Below, piece by piece: positions 1 to 9,547 of a stretch of 64,000 nucleotides of DNA. Positions within the stretch are counted from its first letter, which is position 1, and each line of letters opens with the position of its first letter. Source of the DNA: Myxococcales bacterium (GTDB lineage Bacteria > Myxococcota_A > UBA9042 > JABWCM01 > BTVJ01); NCBI GenBank assembly GCA_045863395.1, contig BTVJ01000009.1, positions 102,155 to 166,154 on the forward strand, read 5' to 3'. The position numbers and the translations under genes were made by a program. The notes under the pieces are model-generated. The model was given only the letters and a program-made list of their open reading frames with translations. It was not told the origin of the DNA and did not search any database.

Positions 1-598
1 CCGGCGTGCAGGGGGCGGGCCCGCAGGTGCCGTGGGCCCCGCAGACGTCGGTGCCCGTACACTCGCCGCAGCTCCCGCCGCAGCCGTCGTCGCCGCAGTC
101 CTTGCCCGCGCATGACGGGTCACAGCCCCCGGTGCAGACCCCCGCGTCGCAGCTCCACCCGGTCGGGCAGCTCCCGCAGGAGCCCCCGCACCCGTCGTCG
201 CCGCAGGCCTTGCCAGCGCAGGCGGGGGCGCAGGTCGTGACGCAGAGCCCCGCCGCGGAGCACGCCTCGCCGGACTCGCAGTCCCCGCAGGACCCGCCGC
301 AGCCGTCGTCGCCACAGTCGCGCCCGACGCAGGCGGGGGTGCACGTGGCGACGCACTCGCCGTCCGCGGAGCACACGCCCTGGGCGCAGTCCCCGCAGGA
401 TCCGCCGCAGCCGTCGTCGCCGCAGACCCGCCCCTCGCACGAGGACACGCAGGCCGCCACGTCCTCCCCGGGGGTCGTCGCCACGTCACCGGCGCCGGCG
501 CCCCCTATGTCCACCATGGTGTTGCCGGTGGTCTCCTCTTCGCAAGCGGCGCCGCAGAGGGCAAGGGCGATGGTCAGAGCAAGGGAACGTGCGCGCAT
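1..598 (-). CDS. Cys-rich repeat lipoprotein (CGDDGCGGSCG repeats), truncated at the window edge
   Basis: Not in the ORF track because it has no stop in the window. Manual translation from ATG at 598: MRARSLALTIALALCGAAC (lipobox) followed by four C..CGDDGCGGSCG.C repeats; GGAGG RBS upstream. Confidence 0.8.
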   Translation of the reverse strand, partial: MRARSLALTIALALCGAACEEETTGNTMVDIGGAGAGDVATTPGEDVAACVSSCEGRVCGDDGCGGSCGDCAQGVCSADGECVATCTPACVGRDCGDDGCGGSCGDCESGEACSAAGLCVTTCAPACAGKACGDDGCGGSCGSCPTGWSCDAGVCTGGCDPSCAGKDCGDDGCGGSCGECTGTDVCGAHGTCGPAPCTP

Positions 599-808
599 GA
601 CGGGGACCTCCGGGTTCCAGGTTCGCGACTGGCGGGGGAAACCTCGCGCAATTCGGGGCTCGGCGCAAGAGCGATCCACCGGGCGATCCTTCCGTCCGAG
701 CCTCGACCGCGCGCCCCGTCGTATCCGTTCGCATCCGATTTCGCTTGTCGGCGCGGCCGCGCCGGACCACCCTCGGCCCGTGTCCCTGCTGCCCGAGAGG
801 AGGCGCCG

Positions 809-1264
809 ATGACCGAGTGGAGCTCCGTGGACGACATCCTGGCGTTCGCCATCGCCAACGAAGAGAAGGCCCACGCCTTCTTCCTGCAGCTCGCCGAGGC
901 CGTGGAGGCCGAGGCCATCAAGGCGACCCTGCTCGGCTTCGCCGCCGAGGAGCTCGGCCACAAGCGCCGGCTCGAGCAGCTCCGGGACGGCCACGTGGAG
1001 GCCCGGTGGGTCCAGCAGAAGGTCCAGGACCTGAAGATCGCTGACTACCTGGCCGACGTCGCCCCGAAGCCGGGCCTGAGCTTCCAGGAAGCGCTGATCG
1101 TGGCCATGAAGCAGGAGCTTGCGGCGATCAAGCTCTACGAGGCCCTCGCCAAGGCCGCTCCCGCGCCCCTGGACGACGTCTTCCGCGGCCTCGCCCAGGA
1201 GGAGGCGAAGCACAAGCTGCGCTTCGAGATCGTGTACGACGAGGGGATCCTCGCCGAGGGCTGA
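809..1264 (+). CDS. Ferritin-like/rubrerythrin family protein
   Basis: Two E..ExxH di-iron motifs (AIANEEKA..EELGHK; AMKQELAA..EEAKHK); AGGAGG RBS. Confidence 0.85.
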   Translation: MTEWSSVDDILAFAIANEEKAHAFFLQLAEAVEAEAIKATLLGFAAEELGHKRRLEQLRDGHVEARWVQQKVQDLKIADYLADVAPKPGLSFQEALIVAMKQELAAIKLYEALAKAAPAPLDDVFRGLAQEEAKHKLRFEIVYDEGILAEG

Positions 1265-1291
1265 CGGCCTGCGACCGCCAGTGCCGCCCGA

Positions 1292-1978
1292 TCACCCGTG
1301 GCGCTCCCACAGCACATCGAACTGCCCCACGTAGGCCGCCACCAGGCGCGGCTCGTCGGTCACGAGGAAGTTCTCGTCGTTGAAGTCGGCGGCGCTCCGG
1401 GTCCAGTTGTAGCTGCCGGTGAGCAGCAGCGCCCCGTCGATCACCGCGAACTTGTGGTGCATGTGGTGCTGGGTGCGGTCGTACCGGACGGCGACGCCCC
1501 GCGACGCCAGTTTGTCCACGTCCGAGCCCACGTCCAGGCTCTTCTCGTCGTCGGTCAGCAGCCGCACGGCCACGCCGCGCCGGTGGGCGGCGAGCACCGC
1601 GTCCGCCAGGCGGTCGTCCGTGATGGTGAAGACGCAGATGTCCACGGACCGCAGCGCCGTCCGCAGGAGCGCGACGATGCGCTCCGGGCAGTCGTCGTCC
1701 GGGCTGAACCAGGCCTCCGCGCGACCGCCCACCTTCTGCGGCGCCTCGGGCACGAGCGCCTTGACGACGTCCTCCAGCCACTCGACCACGGCAAGGGTGT
1801 CGCGCCCGAGGAGCGCCCCCTTGGCGACCTCGAAGGCGCGCTGGCGGAACAGGGCGTGGATGCGGGCGTCACCGCCCAGGTCCTGCACCACGTCCTTGAT
1901 GGCGCGCCGCTCCGTGCGCGTAAGCTGGCGGTCCGCGAGTGTGTCTGTGAGTACCTGGTCGATCTGCTCGGGTGTCAT
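1292..1978 (-). CDS. Phospholipase D-family (Nuc-like, single HKD) nuclease/phospholipase
   Basis: HMHHKFAVIDG..TGSYNWT..NDEN motif; start moved to MTPEQ at 1978 (GAGGAG RBS). Confidence 0.85.
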   Translation of the reverse strand: MTPEQIDQVLTDTLADRQLTRTERRAIKDVVQDLGGDARIHALFRQRAFEVAKGALLGRDTLAVVEWLEDVVKALVPEAPQKVGGRAEAWFSPDDDCPERIVALLRTALRSVDICVFTITDDRLADAVLAAHRRGVAVRLLTDDEKSLDVGSDVDKLASRGVAVRYDRTQHHMHHKFAVIDGALLLTGSYNWTRSAADFNDENFLVTDEPRLVAAYVGQFDVLWERHG

Positions 1979-2034
1979 GGGCTCCTCCGGTGAGTGCGCA
2001 GGGTAGCGCACCGGGAGCCGCGAGCCAACGAGCG

Positions 2035-3393
2035 TCAGGGGATCGCGAGCGCCGCCTCGATGAGGGACTCGCACAGGGCGCGGGCAGCCGGGTCCTCCAA
2101 CTGCTCCAGGGTACGGCGCAGCTTCGGCTCTGCGAACACCCCGAGGCCCTCGACGGAGGGCGCCGCCCCGAGCCCCTTCGCCGCCTGCTCCACGGTCCAG
2201 CGCAGGCTCGACTCCTCGTCGGGGGTCAGCACCTCGATGCGTCCGACCAGCGCGCGGACCACGGACTGCGGGGCCGGACTGACCGCGAGCGGCGCGACCT
2301 GCTCCACCCACTCCGCGGGCGCCAGATAGAGCAGACGCAGGCCCTGCGTGTGAAAGACGGACCAGGACCACGTCCCGACGAGCGCGCGGCTCTCAGAGGG
2401 CGTCAGCCCAGTGCCATCGAGCTCGACTGCGATGTCCTCGGCGGAGACGAGCGTATACTCGTCCAGGTTGATCTCCTTCGGAGTCGGGAGCTTGACCTTG
2501 GACTCCCCCGGCGCGAGCTCGCCGACCGACAGCTTCAAGCCACCGCCCGCGTGGACGTGCACCACCCAGGCGGCGGGGATCGTGACGGCCGAGTCGTTGG
2601 TCACGCGGAAGCTGCCATCCGGCAAGGGCTCCACCCGGAGCGGGAGCCCCAGGTGCGCCAGCCCTTGCGCGAACAGGAAGCGCTCACCGGAGGCGAGGGG
2701 CACGGCGTCGATGCCGCGGAGCGCACCCCACGGGCCGTCGCCCGGCGCTGGGGACGCGGCGCCGGGCTCGGGCGTCACGGTCCACGAGATGGCCCCGTCT
2801 GCGAGCGCCGCGCTCCCGCCCAGAGGGGGCGCGAGGGTCGCAGGCGCTGGCAGCCACCGGGACGGGATGCCGTCGGGCAGCCCCACCTCCACCGTGACGG
2901 GCGCCGACGCCTGCGTGTGCAGGGCGATGACCAGGGACTGGAGCTTGTGGGTGATCCCGTCCGGCAGCGCCTCCGCGGCGCCGGACCCGGGGGGCCCCAG
3001 GTCCCTGCCGACCACGAAGGCGGGCAGCTCCTCCTCGTCGTGCCAGGCGCCGGCCAGGTCCACTCCCAGCGAGCTCTGGACGCTGGTCAGCGTGCCGAAC
3101 ACGTGGACGGAGAGGGGGCCCGTGGCGACGTCGGTGCCGCCGCCGGCATCGCCCACGGCGTCGGAGCCAATGCCCGTGTCACCAGTGTCGCCCGTGTCGC
3201 CGGGGTTCCCCGCCCCTCCGTCCCCGACCGCGACGTCCCCGCCCGAGCCGGCCCCAACGTCCGCCCCGGCGTCAGCCCCCACCGCGACCCCGTCGCCGAC
3301 ATCGGCGGTGGCGTCGGCCGTGGCGTCGGCCGTGGCGTCGCAGCCCGTGCTCAGGGCTGCAAGGAGAGCGAGACCAGCAAACCGTCGCACCAT
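2035..3393 (-). CDS. Hypothetical lipoprotein, paralog of 3351..4838
   Basis: Lipobox LSTGC, low-complexity D/G/A linker, C-terminal RALVGRIEVLTP shared with the neighbouring gene. Confidence 0.7.
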   Translation of the reverse strand: MVRRFAGLALLAALSTGCDATADATADATADVGDGVAVGADAGADVGAGSGGDVAVGDGGAGNPGDTGDTGDTGIGSDAVGDAGGGTDVATGPLSVHVFGTLTSVQSSLGVDLAGAWHDEEELPAFVVGRDLGPPGSGAAEALPDGITHKLQSLVIALHTQASAPVTVEVGLPDGIPSRWLPAPATLAPPLGGSAALADGAISWTVTPEPGAASPAPGDGPWGALRGIDAVPLASGERFLFAQGLAHLGLPLRVEPLPDGSFRVTNDSAVTIPAAWVVHVHAGGGLKLSVGELAPGESKVKLPTPKEINLDEYTLVSAEDIAVELDGTGLTPSESRALVGTWSWSVFHTQGLRLLYLAPAEWVEQVAPLAVSPAPQSVVRALVGRIEVLTPDEESSLRWTVEQAAKGLGAAPSVEGLGVFAEPKLRRTLEQLEDPAARALCESLIEAALAIP

Positions 3394-4838
3394 TGCGTCA
3401 CCTTCTCATCTTGGATCAGCGCGCACGCCCGGCGGAGCCGAGGCTCGGCGAACCGGCCGAGCTGCGCGACCAGGAGGTCCCCTTTGCCCACCATGGACGA
3501 CACCTGCGCCACGAGGGACGCCTCCTCCGCGGGGGTCAGCACCTCGATGCGACCGACCAGGGTGCGGACGAGCGCGGTGGGCTCCGGCGTGATCTTGATG
3601 GGCAGGAGCGCGTCTGTCCAGGGGCGCGGCACCACGTAGAGCACCCGGAGCCCCGGCGTCTGGAAGTACGAGCGCGTCCAGGTGTCGACCATCGCCCACG
3701 CCTCGTCCTCGTAGAGGCCGCTCTTGACCAGCGCGTCCACGACCACGGGGCGGACACACGCGAGCCAGTCCGCGCAGGCCTCGCCGACCGTCGCCGCATG
3801 GCTCGTGCTCTGCCCCGCCCCGAGGGCGCCCAGGTCAGCGACGGCCCCGGTTGCTCCGTCGGTGCTGAGCAGGATCACCGAGGGGATCAGGTCCCCCGAT
3901 TCGTTGGTCACGGTCACCGTGCCGCCGGCATCGGAGGTCACGCGCACCGGCATGTCGAAGCGCCCGAGCCCTCTATAGAAGATGAAGCGCTCGTGCTGGG
4001 CGCCGTAGCGCAGGGGGGTCGCCGCCGTCGCCCGCGACGGAGCCCAGATGTCCTGCGGGTCGACCGGCGGGAACTTCCCGGCGTCGATGGCCGGGTCCAC
4101 GGTCACCTGCCAGGTCATGCTCCCGCCGCCGACCTCCTCCATGGCGCCCAGCGCGGGCCCCCAGGTGGTCGCGTCCGGGAACCACTGCCCGATGATCCCC
4201 TTCGGGAAGGCGACGTCCACGGTCACGTCCACCTTGGCGCCCGTATAGAAGTAGATGACCGGGGTCTCCAGCTTCTGGTCGACCCCCTCCGGGAGCTCCT
4301 CGATGCCCTTCTGCTGCATGAACAGGCCGCTCCGGCTGACCACGAAGTCGGGGAGCGGCTCCTCCTCGTGGTGCATCCCGAGGAGCGGCGCGCCATCCGA
4401 GCCCTGCATGGACGTGAAGGTGCCCCACTCGTGCGCGATGAGGCCCTCCGCGGGCTGACCGGGCTGCGTGGGCTCACCGGGCTCCGTGGGCTCACCGGGC
4501 TGCTTGGGCTCACCGGGCTGCGCAACATCACCAGGCTGCGTTTCCTCACCAGGCTTCCGGGCGCGCTCGCCCGGCTTCTCCGAGCCCTCTCCGGCACCCG
4601 GGGTCGGGCCTCCAATGCCACCCTCTCCCCCCTTCCCGTCGCCGACCGCTCCGCCCGTGGACGCCCCGCCAGACGCGCCCTCGGCCCCCTCCCCTTCAGG
4701 CTCCGCGCCTGACGCTCCTTGTTCGGTTCCCGCGCCCTTCACCACAATCTCGCCCGGGGGCGCCGTCGTCTCCCCGCCTGTACTGCAAGCCGCCAGCACC
4801 AGCGCCGCGGCCAGGACCCATCGTGTTCGCAACCTCAT
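3351..4838 (-). CDS. Hypothetical lipoprotein with HEWGTFTS..ETPVIYFY domain
   Basis: Lipobox LAAC, PGEP repeats, then a globular domain; AGGAGG RBS. Confidence 0.75.
   Translation of the reverse strand: MRLRTRWVLAAALVLAACSTGGETTAPPGEIVVKGAGTEQGASGAEPEGEGAEGASGGASTGGAVGDGKGGEGGIGGPTPGAGEGSEKPGERARKPGEETQPGDVAQPGEPKQPGEPTEPGEPTQPGQPAEGLIAHEWGTFTSMQGSDGAPLLGMHHEEEPLPDFVVSRSGLFMQQKGIEELPEGVDQKLETPVIYFYTGAKVDVTVDVAFPKGIIGQWFPDATTWGPALGAMEEVGGGSMTWQVTVDPAIDAGKFPPVDPQDIWAPSRATAATPLRYGAQHERFIFYRGLGRFDMPVRVTSDAGGTVTVTNESGDLIPSVILLSTDGATGAVADLGALGAGQSTSHAATVGEACADWLACVRPVVVDALVKSGLYEDEAWAMVDTWTRSYFQTPGLRVLYVVPRPWTDALLPIKITPEPTALVRTLVGRIEVLTPAEEASLVAQVSSMVGKGDLLVAQLGRFAEPRLRRACALIQDEKVTQWCDGLLVSLSLQP
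4455..4555 (-). repeat. 18-bp coding tandem repeat (QPGEPx)
   Basis: PGEETQ-PGDVAQ-PGEPKQ-PGEPTE-PGEPTQ-PGQP in the translation; gggctcaccgggct recurs in the DNA. Confidence 0.7.
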
Positions 4839-4890
4839 GGCTCACCTCCTGCCTGTCCCTCACGATGCGCCCCTTGACCAATTGAATCCA

Positions 4891-4908
4891 ATCATATGAA
4901 ATCATGAT
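4891..4908. promoter_or_regulatory. Putative LysR-type binding site (T-N11-A)
   Basis: ATCAT-N8-ATGAT dyad in the AT-rich spacer between the divergent LysR and lipoprotein genes. Confidence 0.55.
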
Positions 4909-4926
4909 CAACGATAACGAGGGATC

Positions 4927-5811
4927 ATGAACCTCGACCGCCTCGACCAGTTCGTCCGCATCGTCGACACCGGCTCCATGAGCGCCGCCGCCCGGGCCGT
5001 GCACCTGACCCAGCCGGCGCTCAGCCGGTCCCTCAAGCTGCTGGAAGAGGAGCTGGGCGCCCCGCTCTTCCTGCGTGAGGGGCGGCGCCTCGTGCCCACC
5101 GCCGCCGGCCGTGCCCTGCTCCCCCGCGCCCGCGCCGTGCTGGCGCAGGTGGCGGCGCTCGCCAAGGACGTGGAGCAGGCCGCCGAGCGCGACTACCACG
5201 ACCTGCGCATCGGGACCGTGGACAGCGTGGCCACCTGGCTCTTGCCGCGGGCGATCCCGGCGCTCCTCGACGCCTTCCCGGGGCTCCGCGTCAAGCTCCA
5301 CACGGCCCGCACGGCTGCGCTCCTCGAGCGCCTGGAGGCGGGCACGCTGGACGTGGCGCTCGTCGCCTGGTCGGGCCCCCCGCAACCCCGCGCCGCGGCC
5401 GTCGGCCCCTACCAGCTCCGGTTCTGGGGCCGCGCCGACCGCTTCGCGTCGCTGGCGGACGCGACCACCGAGGAGCAGGTCCAGGTCCACCCCATCGTGG
5501 AGATCGAGCCCCAGCCCGGCCAGCCCACCATGGTCCCGGAGCACGCGGAGACCTTCGCCCTCGCCAACAGCCTCGCGTCCGTCAAGGCGCTGGTCCTCGA
5601 GGGCTTCGGCGTCGGCGCCCTGCTGGACTTCATGCTTACGCCCGAGGAGCGCGCCCGCCTGGTCTGCGCCCCGATCGGCCACGACCCCGACTGCGCCCTG
5701 TGGGTGCTCCCGTCTCCGGCGTGGAGCGGCGACGCCCCCTCCCGCATCGAGGAGGCCCTCGCGTCATCCCTCCGCCGCGTGCTTGACACCCCGGCGGACC
5801 GGGGGCGATGA
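4927..5811 (+). CDS. LysR family transcriptional regulator
   Basis: MNLDRL..GSMSAAARAVHLTQPALSRSLKLLEEELGAPLFLR HTH signature. Confidence 0.95.
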   Translation: MNLDRLDQFVRIVDTGSMSAAARAVHLTQPALSRSLKLLEEELGAPLFLREGRRLVPTAAGRALLPRARAVLAQVAALAKDVEQAAERDYHDLRIGTVDSVATWLLPRAIPALLDAFPGLRVKLHTARTAALLERLEAGTLDVALVAWSGPPQPRAAAVGPYQLRFWGRADRFASLADATTEEQVQVHPIVEIEPQPGQPTMVPEHAETFALANSLASVKALVLEGFGVGALLDFMLTPEERARLVCAPIGHDPDCALWVLPSPAWSGDAPSRIEEALASSLRRVLDTPADRGR

Positions 5812-5847
5812 TCCTGCGCTGGAAGTGAAACCTGGCAGGAGGCACCG

Positions 5848-6828
5848 ATGCACTCGCACCCCGTCGCACGGGCCCTGGGAACCCTGGTCCTCTGGGCAGC
5901 CCTCGCGGCCCTCGCGGCGCCGGCCGCCGCGCAGCCGACCATCCAGATCCGGCCGAAGGGCCCCCTGGTCAACCCGGGCTGGCTGTACCTGGAGACCCAC
6001 CTCCCCGACAACAAGGCGGAGGCACGGGGGCTGGTCAGGCCCCTCCTCTACATCAACGAGGTCACCGACGAGCAGAAGACCGGCTCCCGCGTCGGCGGCG
6101 GCGGCTACACCCCCGGCGAGCCCGTCCCCCTGGCCGAGGGGTGGTACGACGTGGAGGTGGCCCACTTCCCCGACGTGGCGGCCTCCAACAAGCACCGCTA
6201 CTACGTCAAGGGCGGCCAGGTGACCATCGTCCAGACCGGGATGCTGTCGCTCCAGACGCTCCCCGAGGCCGAGCAGGCTTCCGACGTCTGCCGCTCCTGG
6301 AACGCGGCGATGACCGTCCTCGCCGCGGAGCCAGGCCCCGACGGGCAGCACGGCGTGGTCATGGCCGGCAACGGGGCCCACGTGAAGGACCACGGCCTGC
6401 TCCAGCTCCACCCGGGCGCCTACCTGGTGGAGTGGAACGGCCTCCGCGGCCAGGTCCAGGTGACCGCCGGGCAGATCACGCCCGTGATGACGGGCTTCGT
6501 CGGCCCGTTCCGTGGCAAGGAGAAGCCGCGGATCCACCAGCGGGAGGGTGAGACCCCGGACAACCCGGTCATCGCGGCCTGCGAGAAGCAGCCCACCCAG
6601 GTGCTGGTCGGCTCCTTCTGGCTCAGCTACCCGAAGCCCGAGGAGGCGAAGGACGACGAGGAGGGCGACACCGGCGTGGTGTCCATGGCGCGCGCCCCGA
6701 GGGTCTTCGAGCCCCTGGTCGTCGACCCCCACAAGCCCGGCAAGCCCGAGAAGCTCGGGGGCGACCGCCTCAAGGGCTACACCATCTACAAGGGCGAGGG
6801 CGCCACTCCCGATCACCACCTGCGCTGA
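5848..6828 (+). CDS. Hypothetical exported protein
   Basis: Signal peptide ending AAA-Q, AGGAGG RBS, GC3-rich codon pattern. Confidence 0.65.
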   Translation: MHSHPVARALGTLVLWAALAALAAPAAAQPTIQIRPKGPLVNPGWLYLETHLPDNKAEARGLVRPLLYINEVTDEQKTGSRVGGGGYTPGEPVPLAEGWYDVEVAHFPDVAASNKHRYYVKGGQVTIVQTGMLSLQTLPEAEQASDVCRSWNAAMTVLAAEPGPDGQHGVVMAGNGAHVKDHGLLQLHPGAYLVEWNGLRGQVQVTAGQITPVMTGFVGPFRGKEKPRIHQREGETPDNPVIAACEKQPTQVLVGSFWLSYPKPEEAKDDEEGDTGVVSMARAPRVFEPLVVDPHKPGKPEKLGGDRLKGYTIYKGEGATPDHHLR

Positions 6829-6855
6829 CCGTCCCCCGCCCAAGGAGCCCCCCGA

Positions 6856-8160
6856 ATGAAGGACATCCGCATCGCGCTCCTCGGCTGCGGGACGGTCGGC
6901 ACCGGCGTCATCAAGCTGCTGCTGCAGAACGAGGACGACATCCGCGCCCGCCTCGGCGCCTCGGTGACCGTGCGCCACGTGGTGGTGCGGGATCCGAGCC
7001 GCCTCCGAGACCCGGAGGTGGATCCAGCCCTGCTGTGCGTGGACACCGAAGCCGCCCTGGACGACCCGGACGTGGACGTGGTCGTGGAGCTCATCGGTGG
7101 CACGGACACGGCGCGCGCCCTGGTGCTGGCCGCCATCGCCCGGGGGAAGCACGTGGTGACGGCCAACAAGGCCCTGCTCGCTGCCCACGGGGACGAGGTC
7201 TTCGCCGCCGCAGAGCGCGCGGGCGTGGACGTGGCGTTCGAGGCGGCGGTGGCGGGGGGCATCCCCATCATCCGGTCCCTGCGGGAGGGCCTCGCCAGCG
7301 ACCGGGTGGAGCGCCTCTACGGCATCATCAACGGCACGAGCAACTTCCTCCTCTCCGAGATGGCCGGCCGCGGGCGCGAGTACGCAGACGTGCTCGCCGA
7401 GGCCCAGCGGCTGGGCTACGCGGAGTCCGACCCCTCCATGGACGTCGACGGCAAGGACGCGGCCCAGAAGCTGTCGATCCTCATCGCGCTGGCCTTCGGC
7501 GCGTCCATCCCGTGGGAGTCCATCCCCACCGAGGGGCTCTCCCGGCTCACGCCGGCGGACTTTGCCTTCGCACGGCGCTTCGGCTACGCGATCCGGCCCC
7601 TGGCCATCGCCAAGGTGGACGACGCCGGCCTGGAGGCGCGCGTCCACCCGGCCCTGGTCCCCGAGCGCCACCTGCTCGCGGCCATCGACGGAGTGTTCAA
7701 CGCGGTCGCCGTCCAGACGAGCGCGGTGGGGCCGCTCCTCTTCCACGGGCGGGGCGCCGGCATGATGCCCACGGCCGTCAGCGTGGTCAGCGACATCATC
7801 GAGGTGGGCCGCGCCGTGCTCCAGGGCACGAGCGGCCGCGTCCCCCACCTGGCGTGGCGGCACCCGGACCGGGCCCCCCGTCGCAAGCCGTTCGAGGACG
7901 TGGTCTGCGAGAGCTACCTGCGCTTCACGGTGGTGGATCGCCCCGGCGTGCTCGCCACCCTGGCGGGCGCCCTCGGGGAGCACGGCGTCAGCATCCGCCA
8001 GCTCATCCAGCCCGACGCGCAGGAGGGCGAGCCGGTGGCGGTGGTCGTCCTCACCCACCCGGCCCGGGAGGGCGACGTGGTCGCGGCCCTGGCCACCATC
8101 GACGCGCAGCACACCACGGCCTCCCCGACCCTGCGGCTGCGCATCGAGGACCCGGCCTGA
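6856..8160 (+). CDS. hom: Homoserine dehydrogenase with C-terminal ACT domain
   Basis: GCGTVG, VVTANKA, EAAVAGGIP, GIINGTSN, GRGAG..PTA motifs; ACT domain DRPGVLA. Confidence 0.95.
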   Translation: MKDIRIALLGCGTVGTGVIKLLLQNEDDIRARLGASVTVRHVVVRDPSRLRDPEVDPALLCVDTEAALDDPDVDVVVELIGGTDTARALVLAAIARGKHVVTANKALLAAHGDEVFAAAERAGVDVAFEAAVAGGIPIIRSLREGLASDRVERLYGIINGTSNFLLSEMAGRGREYADVLAEAQRLGYAESDPSMDVDGKDAAQKLSILIALAFGASIPWESIPTEGLSRLTPADFAFARRFGYAIRPLAIAKVDDAGLEARVHPALVPERHLLAAIDGVFNAVAVQTSAVGPLLFHGRGAGMMPTAVSVVSDIIEVGRAVLQGTSGRVPHLAWRHPDRAPRRKPFEDVVCESYLRFTVVDRPGVLATLAGALGEHGVSIRQLIQPDAQEGEPVAVVVLTHPAREGDVVAALATIDAQHTTASPTLRLRIEDPA

Positions 8161-8170
8161 CGCCCGAGGG

Positions 8171-9268
8171 TCAGGTCCGCCGGTAGACCTCGCTCTCGTG
8201 CCACGCCCGCAGGACCTCGGACATCAGCACCTTGAGGACCGCGGAGACCGGCACCGCCAGCAGGATGCCCACCACCCCGAAGAGCTGCCCGAAGACGAGG
8301 ATGGCGATGATCACCGTCAAGGGGGGCAGCCCCACCCGCTCGCCGACGATGTTCGGCGACAGGATGGACGTGTCGATGACCGGCACGATGGCGAAGAGCA
8401 GCACGACCCCGAGCATGGTGCCCCACCCCATGCCCTCCAGCAGCGCCATGAGCAGCGTGAGGACCATGCCGACCACCGGGCCCACCCACGGGATCACGTT
8501 GAGGAAGGCGCCTGCGATGCCCAGCAGGATGGCGAACGGGATGCCCATGATGCTCAGCGCCACGCTGTAGACCACCGCGAGGATGGCGATGACGATGAGC
8601 GTCCCGCGCACATAGGACGCGACCACCGCGTTGACCCGGGTCGCGACGGCAGACAGGCGTGCCCGGTGGCGCGGTGGCACCAGGTCGATGGCGGCGTCCC
8701 GGATGTGTGGGAAGTCCTTGAGCAGATAGACCGTGAAGAGCGGGATGAGCAGCAGGTTGCCCAGGGCGACGGCGAGGGCGAAGGCGCTGGTCAGGGCGGT
8801 CTCGACCAGGTTCGACCAGTCTCCGACCACCCGCTGCGTGAACTGGGAGAGCTCCACGCGGATCTGGTCCGGGTCCAGGTCCAACTGGAGCTCGAAGGTG
8901 CGCTCGATCCAGGGGCGCACGGTGCCCAGCGTGTCGGAGACCCAGTTGGGGAGGCGTGCGATGAGGGCCAGGACCTGCTCGACGACGCGGGGAATCAGAA
9001 ACACCATGAACAGGAAGGCGCCGGCGAGCACCAGCAGCACCATGACGATGGCGGTCAGCAGGCGGGGGACCCGGCGCCGCTCGAGGGTGTCCACGAAGGG
9101 CGACGTCACGTAGGCGAGCACCAGGGCCAGCAGGATGGGCGTCGTGACGGTGGACAGCTCGCGGAGCAGCAGCAGGGCGCCGGCGACGACCGTGCCGAAG
9201 AAGACGAGCTTGAAGAACAGGTAGAGGTACTTCTCGGAGCGCTCCCAGCGGCTGTCGGGCGAAGACAT
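8171..9268 (-). CDS. AI-2E (PerM) family transporter
   Basis: Multiple TM helices with LNVIPWVGP, LSPNIVG and FGVVGILLAVP; start set at MSSPD. Confidence 0.85.
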   Translation of the reverse strand: MSSPDSRWERSEKYLYLFFKLVFFGTVVAGALLLLRELSTVTTPILLALVLAYVTSPFVDTLERRRVPRLLTAIVMVLLVLAGAFLFMVFLIPRVVEQVLALIARLPNWVSDTLGTVRPWIERTFELQLDLDPDQIRVELSQFTQRVVGDWSNLVETALTSAFALAVALGNLLLIPLFTVYLLKDFPHIRDAAIDLVPPRHRARLSAVATRVNAVVASYVRGTLIVIAILAVVYSVALSIMGIPFAILLGIAGAFLNVIPWVGPVVGMVLTLLMALLEGMGWGTMLGVVLLFAIVPVIDTSILSPNIVGERVGLPPLTVIIAILVFGQLFGVVGILLAVPVSAVLKVLMSEVLRAWHESEVYRRT

Positions 9269-9452
9269 GGCAGGCTCCAGGCGGTGACCCACGAGGCGCG
9301 AGGGTGGCATGGTCTGCCCGGGACTTCAAGACGCGGCCGGGCCAGCCCCCCCCCTGACGAATCCGGTGCATGACGCAGCACGGTTTCAACTGGGGCATCC
9401 GTGATCGGTTACACCGGAGGCCGAGGCCCCTCCGTGCGCCGCCCTGCCCCTC

Positions 9453-9512
9453 TTGAAAGCGCGGGACGGGGTACCGTAGAGTTCAGCCCACTGGTGAATG
9501 GCGATTCATTCA
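9453..9512 (+). promoter_or_regulatory. Sigma70-like promoter plus TetR/FadR-like operator upstream of the acyl-CoA dehydrogenase
   Basis: TTGAAA(9453)-N18-TAGAGT(9477); dyad TGAATGGCGATTCATTCA at 9495..9512. Confidence 0.55.
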
Positions 9513-9547
9513 TGACGCGAGGCGTCACAGAGACCACGGAGGACCGG

